Position numbers and translations under genes: made by a program
Shown here: positions 36,484-44,643 of the stretch, piece after piece
How positions within the stretch are numbered: position 1 is the first letter of the stretch
Layout: each line of letters opens with the position of its first letter
Assembly (NCBI GenBank): GCA_963796685.1
Contig: CAWCMR010000008.1
Coordinates: 512,001 to 576,000, forward strand
Direction: 5' to 3'
DNA from: an uncultured delta proteobacterium
GTDB lineage: Bacteria > Myxococcota_A > Polyangia > Fen-1088
Length of the DNA: 64,000 nt
Notes under the pieces: model-generated
Seen by the model: only the letters and a program-made list of their open reading frames with translations
The model's database searches: none
Told to the model about the DNA's origin: nothing

Positions 36484-38652
36484 ATGATCCATCCAATTAG
36501 AGAAATGGCTCGTCATCCCGGCATCGAAGCAGAATCAGCGAACGCCGCGCTCCGCACGGGAAGCGACGCTGCACCGAGCCTCGCGCAGGCGGCCGACAGC
36601 GCTTCCTTGTCCGCGGACAGTACCGGTCTCACCGGAAGCTCCTCAATCGCGCCGACGAGCGACCCACCCCAGGTGGCCAAGACCGGCATCACGCGGAATC
36701 CCTCGTCGGCCACGCCGGCGGGCGGCCCGGCCCCGGTGGTCAAGACCGGCATCACGCAGACCCCGTCGGCCACGCCCGCCAGCAGCCCTCCACCGGCGGT
36801 CAAGACCGGCACGCGGCATCCCGCGGCCACGCCGACCAGCGGTCTTTCCCCGGTGGTCAGGACCGGCACGCGGCACCCCGCGGCCACGCCGACCAGTGGT
36901 CCTCCCCCGGTCAAGACCGGCACGAAGCACCCCTTGGCCACCCCGGCCAGCGGCCCGCCCCCGCTGGCCAAGATCGCCCCCCCCAACCCGGAATCCGGCG
37001 TCAACCGAACCCCGTCGCCGCTCGTGACCTCGGGCTTGCACGCCCCCGCGCCCACGCCCGGACCGGTGATTCAGCAATTCGTAACCCTCGGACGGTACCA
37101 ACTGCTCTCCCGACTCGCGGTCGGCGGGATGGCCGAGGTCTACCTGGCGCGGCAGGGCGAGCTGTCAGGGTTCAAAACCCTGGTGGTGGTGAAGAAAGTT
37201 CTGCCCCACCTGGCCGTGAAACCCGACTTCATCGCCATGTTTCTCGACGAGGCACGCATCGCCTCCATGCTCGACCACCCCAATGTCGTGCGCATCACCG
37301 AGGTCGGCCGCACCGAGAGCGAGTACTTCCTGGCCATGGAGCTGGTGCAAGGGAAGTCTCTGGCATCGATCCTTCAGCAGTCGGAAAGGGCCAAGACGCC
37401 GATCCCGCACAACCTGAGCGCGCTCGTGGTGGCCAACGCGGCGGCGGGTTTGCATCACGCCCACCAGTTGACCGACGCCTCGGGCAACCTCCTCGGCCTC
37501 GTCCACCGCGACGTCTCGCCCCAGAACATCATGGTGTCCTTCGAAGGGTCGGTGAAGGTCATCGATTTCGGCATCGCCCGCGCCCTCGGCCGACTGGGCG
37601 ATACCAACTCGGGCTCGCTCAAGGGGAAGCTGGGCTACATGGCTCCCGAGCAGGCACGCGGAGAGCCGGTCGATGCGCGGGCAGATATCTTCTCGCTCGG
37701 CGTGGTGTTGTGGGAATGCATCGCCGGTCGCCGGCTGTTCTTGCGCGAAAACGAGCTGGCCACCCTGCGCGCGGTGGTCTACGAGCCCATCCCCAGCGCG
37801 AGCAAGTTCACCGAGGTCGATCCCGCCCTCGATGCCATCATTCGCCGCTCGGTCGCCCGCAACGTCGAGGAACGATTCCAGACCGCCGAGGAGATGCGCA
37901 TCGCCCTCGAGCGATGGGTGTTCTCGTCAGGGGGTGCCAGCACCCACGATCTCTCGACCTTGATGAAGTCCTGGTTTCCGAGCGACCACCTGCAGTGGCA
38001 ACGAGCGGCCCGCCTGGCGCTCGACATGCAGGAGTCCGATCCGCCCATCGATGTGGCGTTTCCCAGTCTGGACGCCAGCAGGACCGGGCACTCCAGGACC
38101 GGGGCCGGCCGCATGGAAGGTTCCGGATCGGGACAGAGGGTGGGATCCGAATCGAGCCATCGCGCCTTGCAGCCGCTGACCCTCCCTGCACCCATGCAGG
38201 AGGTGCCTGACCTCCGCCCGAAATTCTGGCGCCATCTCGCCACCCCGATGCTGGTGGTGCTGGCCCTACTTGCCGTCGGGGGCGCCGTCTATTACTACCA
38301 AAACAGCAGGACTCCTCCCGCGCTGCCCGCCGCGGGAGACAACGCCGCGGCCCCGGTGCGGCCCATGGTCGAAACCCTGCCAGCCGCCGAGGGACCCGAC
38401 CGCGCCACGACCGACAGCGGCAAGCATCCCCAGCGTGCAGGAGAAGCACCCCGACCTCAGGAACGAGCGCCCGGCAATTCGACCGATGAAGCGTCCTCGG
38501 GAAAGAAAAAAAACCGAGGCGCGTCGGGCGAAAAACGCGCGATACTATACCAGGAGAACGGAAGGGAAGGCGGTCCTGGCAAGCGCCCCAACCCGTTCGC
38601 CGACAAGTCCGCGGTCAAGAAGAACCACAGTCCTCGCCCCAACCCCTTCTAG
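36484..38652 (+). CDS. Membrane Ser/Thr protein kinase with N-terminal Thr/Pro-rich repeats
   Basis: LAVGGMAEVY, VVKK, HRDVSPQN, DFG, GKLGYMAPE; TM helix; ends PNPF. Start may be 36505. Confidence 0.93.
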   Translation: MIHPIREMARHPGIEAESANAALRTGSDAAPSLAQAADSASLSADSTGLTGSSSIAPTSDPPQVAKTGITRNPSSATPAGGPAPVVKTGITQTPSATPASSPPPAVKTGTRHPAATPTSGLSPVVRTGTRHPAATPTSGPPPVKTGTKHPLATPASGPPPLAKIAPPNPESGVNRTPSPLVTSGLHAPAPTPGPVIQQFVTLGRYQLLSRLAVGGMAEVYLARQGELSGFKTLVVVKKVLPHLAVKPDFIAMFLDEARIASMLDHPNVVRITEVGRTESEYFLAMELVQGKSLASILQQSERAKTPIPHNLSALVVANAAAGLHHAHQLTDASGNLLGLVHRDVSPQNIMVSFEGSVKVIDFGIARALGRLGDTNSGSLKGKLGYMAPEQARGEPVDARADIFSLGVVLWECIAGRRLFLRENELATLRAVVYEPIPSASKFTEVDPALDAIIRRSVARNVEERFQTAEEMRIALERWVFSSGGASTHDLSTLMKSWFPSDHLQWQRAARLALDMQESDPPIDVAFPSLDASRTGHSRTGAGRMEGSGSGQRVGSESSHRALQPLTLPAPMQEVPDLRPKFWRHLATPMLVVLALLAVGGAVYYYQNSRTPPALPAAGDNAAAPVRPMVETLPAAEGPDRATTDSGKHPQRAGEAPRPQERAPGNSTDEASSGKKKNRGASGEKRAILYQENGREGGPGKRPNPFADKSAVKKNHSPRPNPF
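36666..36975 (+). repeat. About five to six degenerate ~60-bp coding repeats (VKTGTRHPAATPTSGPPP)
   Basis: Recurring gtcaagaccggca...gccacgccg units in the kinase N-terminus. Confidence 0.85.
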
Positions 38653-38667
38653 CCATTTGGCAACGCC

Positions 38668-39585
38668 ATGAAGCACACGCCCCTTGCACGACGAATCTCG
38701 CGACGGCTCGTTACCCCATGCTTCGCGCTTCTGTTCTTGGCCCCCGGCGCCGCGCGCGCGGCGGAGTGTCCGGCCTCCTCTCCCGAGGATCCTCAAGAGC
38801 GCCGAAGGCTGGCCAAGGAGTGGTTCGGTCTGGCCGAGACTGCCGAGAACGGCGGCAACGACGCCGAGGCGACGCGCGACTATGCCTGTTCGTACAAAAT
38901 GGTTGCCCACCCCTTCACCGCCTACAACCTGGGGCGCGTGGCCGAGCGGAGCGGCGACAACGAGCTGGCGCTCAAGATGTTCAAGGCCTACCTGACGCTC
39001 AAACCCGATGCCCAAGACAGGGAAGAAGTGAAGAGCAAGGTCAAGGCCCTGGAGGACAAGATTGCTTCCGCCGGCACGAGCGGCCCCTCCGAGGGCACGA
39101 ACGCGGAGGAAGGCACCCAGGCTGCACCGACACCCGCACCGGAGCCGCCGCAGGAACAACTGGCGCCACCACCCGAGCCCAAGCCGGCCCAGGTCGTGCA
39201 AACCCCCAGACCCGCCGAACCCGCGCCCGAGCAAGAACCCCCTTCCCATGCCATGGAATGGATCGTGGGCGGGGCCAGCGCAGCCGTCCTGGTCGGCGGC
39301 ATTGCGCTCAACCTCGCCGCGCGCAGCAAGATGAGCACTTGCGAGGCCGATGGGGCCAAGGGCTCCTACGCGTCGGCCAACGACGCGTGCAATTCCGCCC
39401 GGCCGCTGGCCTTTACCTCGTACGCCCTCTTCAGCCTCGCGGCGGTGGGTGCCGGGGTGGACGCGGTTCTCATCTACCTTCATCATCGAAGCAATGGCAG
39501 CGCGTCCTCGGACGATGACTCTTCGGTGGGCTTCCTGTTGCTGCCGGGCGGTGGTGGCGCCCTGACCGCACGGGGCAGATTCTAG
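38668..39585 (+). CDS. Secreted TPR protein with Pro-rich linker and hydrophobic C-terminal domain
   Basis: Signal peptide, YNLGRVAERSG...ALKMFKAYL..KPDA TPR, terminal LTARGRF. Confidence 0.82.
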   Translation: MKHTPLARRISRRLVTPCFALLFLAPGAARAAECPASSPEDPQERRRLAKEWFGLAETAENGGNDAEATRDYACSYKMVAHPFTAYNLGRVAERSGDNELALKMFKAYLTLKPDAQDREEVKSKVKALEDKIASAGTSGPSEGTNAEEGTQAAPTPAPEPPQEQLAPPPEPKPAQVVQTPRPAEPAPEQEPPSHAMEWIVGGASAAVLVGGIALNLAARSKMSTCEADGAKGSYASANDACNSARPLAFTSYALFSLAAVGAGVDAVLIYLHHRSNGSASSDDDSSVGFLLLPGGGGALTARGRF

Positions 39586-39633
39586 GCTCTTCTGACTGAT
39601 CTGGCTGATCTCGCAAGCCCGGACCGCGAAGCC

Positions 39634-40281
39634 TTGCTTCGCCACGCCCGGGCGCTCCTGGGCGCGACGCTTGCCGAGGTGGCGGACGGGCTCGGCATGC
39701 CCGTGCCGGTGGGTGCACTCAGAACCAAGGGCTGGTCGGGCCAGGTCGTCGAGCGCGAGCTCGGCGCGGGCGACGGCGCCACCCACGGTCCCGATTTCGC
39801 CGCCCTCGGCATCGAGCTCAAGACCGTGCCGGTCCACGGCGACCTGATCCCGCTGGAGTCCACGGCGGTGTGCCTCATCGATCCCGTCGCCATCGCGGGC
39901 GAATCCTGGACCACGAGCTATGTGCGACGAAAGCTGTCCCAGGTTCTCTTCGTCGCGCTGGAGGTTCCACAAGGCGCCCGCTCGGTCGGCGAACGGCGGG
40001 TGGTGGCGGTGACGCTGTGGACGCCCTCGCCGGAGCAGGAGGCCGCCTTGCGCGCCGACTTCGAGCTGTTCGCACGCACCTATTTTCGCAGCGGGCGCTC
40101 GGCGGAGATCACGGGACACCTTGGCCAGGTCATGCAGGTGCGTCCCAAGGCGAGAAATGCCGACGACCACCGCAACGCCTTCGGACCGAATGGCGAGCCC
40201 GTGCGCATCGGCAAGTGTGGGTTCTATCTCCGCCCGGCCTTCGTCAGGGGCATACTGCGCAGCGGAGACACGATTCGATGA
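39634..40281 (+). CDS. mutH: MutH/Sau3AI family endonuclease
   Basis: KGWSGQVVERELGA, PDFAALGIELKTVP (PD...ExK), ESTAVC, MQVRPKA, GFYLRPAF; start uncertain. Confidence 0.85.
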   Translation: MLRHARALLGATLAEVADGLGMPVPVGALRTKGWSGQVVERELGAGDGATHGPDFAALGIELKTVPVHGDLIPLESTAVCLIDPVAIAGESWTTSYVRRKLSQVLFVALEVPQGARSVGERRVVAVTLWTPSPEQEAALRADFELFARTYFRSGRSAEITGHLGQVMQVRPKARNADDHRNAFGPNGEPVRIGKCGFYLRPAFVRGILRSGDTIR

Positions 40282-41792
40282 AATGCGTCGTCCGTCCATG
40301 TGCCGCCCTTGCTCTCGCCGGCCTCATCGGATTCTGCCCACCCGCGAAGGCCGAGCAGACGCAACCTCTTTCCGTCCTGCAGGCCATTGCGCGCGCCGTG
40401 GCCGGCAACCCCGACCTGCGCCGAGAACGCGTCGCCGTCGCACAAGCCGCCGCTCGCGCGCTGCAGGCGGAGGGTAAGTTCGACGTGCTTGTCGACGCCG
40501 CGCTGGAGAGAAAGCACGACATGGTGCCGCCGCTCACGTGCACGTCTTGTCAGGACCTGCCCCTGTTCGGCACCACCACGACCACGGCGGAGCTCGGCCT
40601 TGCCCGCGGCTTGGAGACCGGCGGGACGTTGCGGTTGTCGGGCTTGGTCAGCCAGGCCACGGCCGACGTCCCCGACAGCCTTGCCAATGATTCGGGCGTG
40701 CTGCCTGGAACCTACTACAACAGCAAGCTCGCGCTGACCTTCTTCCACCCCCTCCTGCGCGGTTTCGGAACCGAGGTGACCCTGGCCAATCTGCGCAAGT
40801 CGCGCGTCCAGCGCGACGTCGCCCAGTTGGGCCGCCAGATGCGCGCGTGCAATGTCATTCGCGACGTCGTCGTCGCCTACTGGGAATTGGCCTATGCCAC
40901 GCAAGACCTTGCCATCAAGCGCTCGGCCCTAGCCCTGGCGCAGGATCAGCTGCGCATCACCAAGGCGATGATCGGCGCGGGTCGCCTTGCCGATGCAGAC
41001 GCGGCGTCCGTCGAACGAGCCATCGCACAACACCAGGAGGACTTGGCCACGGGCGAACAAACCCTCTTTTTCCGCAGCCTGGATCTGCAACGCCTATTCG
41101 GCGTGCCCGCGGACGCGAACATCGCGCTGCTCACGGCTGTCGACGCGCCATCCGCGGTACCGACGACCGTGGACGAAGCCGCCGAGATCGGCCGCGCGAT
41201 CGAGGCCAACCCGCAGCTGCGCGCGCTCAAGCTCGGGCTGCAACTTTCCCAACTCGACGTGGCCACCGCACGCAGCACCTTGCGCCCCAGGCTCGACTTC
41301 ACCGGCAGCGTTGGCCCGGCGGGTTTCAAACCTTCCCTGGGGGACTCGTTCAAACAAACCGCCGGCCTGGGGGCCCTGGCCTGGTCCGCCGGCCTCCGCT
41401 TCGAGCTTCCCGTGCAGAACCGGGCCGCGCACGGCCAGATGCAGGCGGCGGAGGAGGATCTCAACCTCGCCCACCTCAATGCCGAGGACTTCGCCGCGCA
41501 ACTTCGCGATCTCGTCCTGCGCACGGCGCGCAGCATCCGCACCGCCAGCGCCCGTGTCGAGCTCGGCCGGCGCGAGGTCGAGTTCGCCCAGCAGAACCTG
41601 GACGCCGAGCGGGCCCGCTTTCAAGCCGGCCGAGCCACCAACAACGATGTGCTGCTCCGCCAGCAAGAGCTCAAGGACGCCGAGACGCGCCTCTTGCGCG
41701 CCACCGTGGATCAGAACGAATCCGAGATCGCCTTGGCGGCCGCGACGGCCGAGGTATTGGACCGCTACGGCGTCGTGCTCAAGGGACTGTAG
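40278..41792 (+). CDS. TolC family outer membrane efflux protein
   Basis: Signal peptide, AVAGNPDLR, PLLRGFG, VVVAYWEL, ERARFQAGRATNNDVL; ATGA overlap with the mutH-like gene. Confidence 0.9.
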   Translation: MKCVVRPCAALALAGLIGFCPPAKAEQTQPLSVLQAIARAVAGNPDLRRERVAVAQAAARALQAEGKFDVLVDAALERKHDMVPPLTCTSCQDLPLFGTTTTTAELGLARGLETGGTLRLSGLVSQATADVPDSLANDSGVLPGTYYNSKLALTFFHPLLRGFGTEVTLANLRKSRVQRDVAQLGRQMRACNVIRDVVVAYWELAYATQDLAIKRSALALAQDQLRITKAMIGAGRLADADAASVERAIAQHQEDLATGEQTLFFRSLDLQRLFGVPADANIALLTAVDAPSAVPTTVDEAAEIGRAIEANPQLRALKLGLQLSQLDVATARSTLRPRLDFTGSVGPAGFKPSLGDSFKQTAGLGALAWSAGLRFELPVQNRAAHGQMQAAEEDLNLAHLNAEDFAAQLRDLVLRTARSIRTASARVELGRREVEFAQQNLDAERARFQAGRATNNDVLLRQQELKDAETRLLRATVDQNESEIALAAATAEVLDRYGVVLKGL

Positions 41793-41813
41793 CTCGGTTC
41801 GGTGAGCAGTGGC

Positions 41814-41913
41814 ACACAGAGGACACAGGGAACACAGAGGATAGTAAACAGAAGAACCCTCGGAGCCAAGATCCGGGAAAGCCATTCCTCTGCGTCCTCC
41901 GTGTTCTCTGTGT
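41814..41913. repeat. Intergenic palindromic element with 9-bp-period arms (ACACAGAGG-type)
   Basis: Left acacagaggacacagggaacacagagga vs right tcctctgcgtcctccgtgttctctgtgt: 28-bp imperfect inverted repeat between convergent genes. Confidence 0.85.
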
Positions 41914-41923
41914 TTTCCTTCCC

Positions 41924-43141
41924 CTAGGGTGGGCATACCTCGTAGGTGGCATCGCAACCGCCGCGCGGCGCGGGCACGCTGGCCGCGACGCTGTCGTCGG
42001 GATCGGCCTCGACGAAGTAGCCGTCGCCATCGCCATCTACGCGCGCGGAATCGCTGGCCACATAGCGATCGCCGTTGACGGTGTAATCGATGCCGGTCGT
42101 GGTGCGCACGACCACGTGGCCCACCACCTTGCCGGTGCGCAGGTCCGTGCCGGGATCGCCGTGCTCGGTCAGATAGAGGGCCGATGTGGTCAGCAAACGG
42201 TCGATGGTGCCTTGGGTGGGGTGGCCGTATGCATTTCCGTCGGCGACCTGGATGATGGACACCCGAGGCTGCATCTCGGCCAAAAGCGTGCCATTGGAAG
42301 CGTGGCTGCTGCCGTGGTGGCTCACGCGGTAGACGTCGACGTCTTTCACCAGGGGTGCCGCGCGCGTCTCGATATCGTGATACGAATATCCTCCCTGTGC
42401 CGAGACCAGCATCTGCCCGGACATGTCGCCCGCGGTGAGGTAGTCGAGCCTGCCCATGCGCAAGAGCACCGCGATGGAATAGTCGTTCTCGTCCGGCGGC
42501 GTGGGGTCGGCCGCGAAATCCCCGGCCGGTAGAACGCCGTTTGCGTCCACCGCAACGAAGGCGAGCTGCACGCCGTCGCCAAGCTGCACCTGACCCGCTC
42601 CCAGGGCGGCAATTTCAGGATGCAGGACTTCCGCCTCGCTGCTCTTCAGATAGGTGCGCCAGGTTTGCAAGGTGTCGCCGCCGGCGCCCCCGTAGCGGAA
42701 GAGGTCGCGATGGAGGAGCTTGCCGACCGTGAAGCCTTGCCGCTGCACGAGGTGCCAAATCCCTCCGTAGCCGGGATAGCCAACATGGTCGAGGTGAAAG
42801 TGCGACAAGACGACGTAGTCGAGACGGGCGCAGCCAAGCACCGCGCGGACATAGGCGCCCACGAGGGTCGCTCCGTCGTCGCTGTCCCAGGTGGCCTCGC
42901 CCGCGTCGATGAGCATGCTTCGCCCTGCGGGACTGACGATCAACGTGGACATCGCTTCGCCGGCATCGAGGTGATGGATTTCGAGCCAGCCCGGTTGCCA
43001 CGCTCCGCTGCCGCACACGCCTGTCCCTTGCGCTGAAGAGTTACCGCCAGCCTGCCCGCTTTGTAGGGACGCATCCGGGAGCGCGGGCATGCACGAAGCC
43101 GAAACGACGATGCACGCCAGAGGGAAGATCCTTGCTGCCAT
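41924..43141 (-). CDS. ComEC/Rec2-like metallo-beta-lactamase-fold lipoprotein
   Basis: Lipobox SASC, MLIDAG, SHFHLDHVG, ENDYS, TAGD, SHHGS, YGHP. Confidence 0.85.
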   Translation of the reverse strand: MAARIFPLACIVVSASCMPALPDASLQSGQAGGNSSAQGTGVCGSGAWQPGWLEIHHLDAGEAMSTLIVSPAGRSMLIDAGEATWDSDDGATLVGAYVRAVLGCARLDYVVLSHFHLDHVGYPGYGGIWHLVQRQGFTVGKLLHRDLFRYGGAGGDTLQTWRTYLKSSEAEVLHPEIAALGAGQVQLGDGVQLAFVAVDANGVLPAGDFAADPTPPDENDYSIAVLLRMGRLDYLTAGDMSGQMLVSAQGGYSYHDIETRAAPLVKDVDVYRVSHHGSSHASNGTLLAEMQPRVSIIQVADGNAYGHPTQGTIDRLLTTSALYLTEHGDPGTDLRTGKVVGHVVVRTTTGIDYTVNGDRYVASDSARVDGDGDGYFVEADPDDSVAASVPAPRGGCDATYEVCPP

Positions 43142-43329
43142 GCCTGCTTCTCGGCATGGACGTCGAAAAGGTTGCTTGAGACACGACGGTGTCCCCGAGA
43201 TTGTTTCCTACAGGTAACAATTATTGCATCAACCCAATAATCGCAATACCGACGGTAATCCTACATTGTAACCTTCGTGAATCAGGGGCATCTGAACGAA
43301 TGTAACTTGGATATCGGGGAGTCTTAGTC

Positions 43330-43902
43330 ATGGTATTTCTTACCTTGTTTCTTGCCGCCAACTTAGCTCAGCCTCTGCTCAGTTCCGCCGATCAGCATGC
43401 GCCTTCTCCACCGGCTGTCGTGGACTCTGCCCTACCGCAACTGCTCAAGCCAGCAGCGGCGTTGGCCAGTGCCTGCGCCACGCCGGGGAGAGTGTGCGCG
43501 TTCGCGGGAGGCAACGATACCTATGGTGATGAGCACCAGACCTCACAAGAAGCGTCCATCATCGTGCTCAAGCGCAGCTTCCGTATCGCCAGCATGGTCG
43601 CGGCCGCACCACCGGTCAATCAGCCCTGGCAGGTCGAGATCGTCGCTCGCTTCAAGGCGACCACGGTATCGGCGCCCATCAAAGTTGTCTTGCTCGACAA
43701 ACACGATCCCGATGCCGTGGACGAAAAACGCGCAATTGCGACTTGGGAAGTTCGCATGTCCCCCACGAGGCTGTTGGCCATGCGATTCGACCTGCGGCCC
43801 GAGGATGGCTTCGCCCCTGGACGCCGCTACCTCTTGCTCATGGTTCAGACGAGCCGCGTGGGCAAGACCATTCTCGCCCACGGTTACGTCAATCTGGAGT
43901 AG
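43330..43902 (+). CDS. Hypothetical secreted protein
   Basis: GGGGAG RBS, hydrophobic N-terminus, beta-rich C-terminal part. Confidence 0.6.
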   Translation: MVFLTLFLAANLAQPLLSSADQHAPSPPAVVDSALPQLLKPAAALASACATPGRVCAFAGGNDTYGDEHQTSQEASIIVLKRSFRIASMVAAAPPVNQPWQVEIVARFKATTVSAPIKVVLLDKHDPDAVDEKRAIATWEVRMSPTRLLAMRFDLRPEDGFAPGRRYLLLMVQTSRVGKTILAHGYVNLE

Positions 43903-44005
43903 CGCGCCGTTAAGCCACTTGGCTTCGCTGTGGAGGCCAAAAGCCGACGCGGAAGCCAGGGATCCCAGCCTCCGTGCGGTGTCGACAGTGCTGCTGCGGG
44001 CGCGC

Positions 44006-44251
44006 TTACTTCGTCGCGGGCGCGGGGGCCTCTTGGGCGGGCGCGGCCGCCGTGGGCGCTTTCTCGGTGGCCTTGGTGCCCTTCTTCATCTTCTTGTCGG
44101 CCTTGGCGACCTTGGCATGGGCCGGCTTGGCTTCGGTGGCCCGGGCGACCTTGTGCGCGGCCGGCGTGGTCTTCGGCGCCTTGGTGGCCGCGAAGGCGGA
44201 GCTGCTGGTGAGGGCGGCGATTCCGAGGATGACGAGAATGTTCTTCAACAT
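44006..44251 (-). CDS. Small secreted Lys/Ala-rich low-complexity protein (Asr-like composition)
   Basis: AAGGAG RBS, signal MLKNILVILGIAALTSSSAFA, K/A/T/P-rich mature part. Confidence 0.8.
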   Translation of the reverse strand: MLKNILVILGIAALTSSSAFAATKAPKTTPAAHKVARATEAKPAHAKVAKADKKMKKGTKATEKAPTAAAPAQEAPAPATK

Positions 44252-44297
44252 GGCGGCTTCTCCTTGGTGTGTGTTGCGAGTCTCACAAGGGACCAAT

Positions 44298-44313
44298 TGC
44301 ACTCGGCATGCCA
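44298..44313 (-). promoter_or_regulatory. Sigma-54 (-24/-12) promoter candidate
   Basis: Minus strand TGGCATGCCGAGTGCA = GG-N10-GC, about 47 bp upstream of the small basic protein. Confidence 0.6.
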
Positions 44314-44643
44314 GCGCGCCGCCGGAAAATAGCTCGCGAATCCGCTTCTTTTACCCGCGTGTCAGGGCCTGCGACGCCATTCCGCCCCGTTTCCGCACAC
44401 AAAACTGTCCACGCGTCAGTCGATAGGGACCAGCAGGTCGCTGGCACCGAATACACCCGGGAGCGCGGTCGAGTCTGGCGAGCCCCGGTAGGCGACCATC
44501 CGGTACGTCAAGGCCCCATCGTGGCAGAGGCGCAGCAAATGCCCGCCAGCCTCGTCCTCGCATGAAAGCGGAGCGCCGTCGCTTTCGAGGATTTGGCTCG
44601 TGTTGCCCGCCTGCGCTTCCCCCATTGCATTGGCATTTGCCAA

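Noticed and set aside
44416-44643. 75-aa ORF directly after ndh
   Set aside because: TTG start, no RBS or recognisable motif; cannot tell a real gene from a remnant or chance frame
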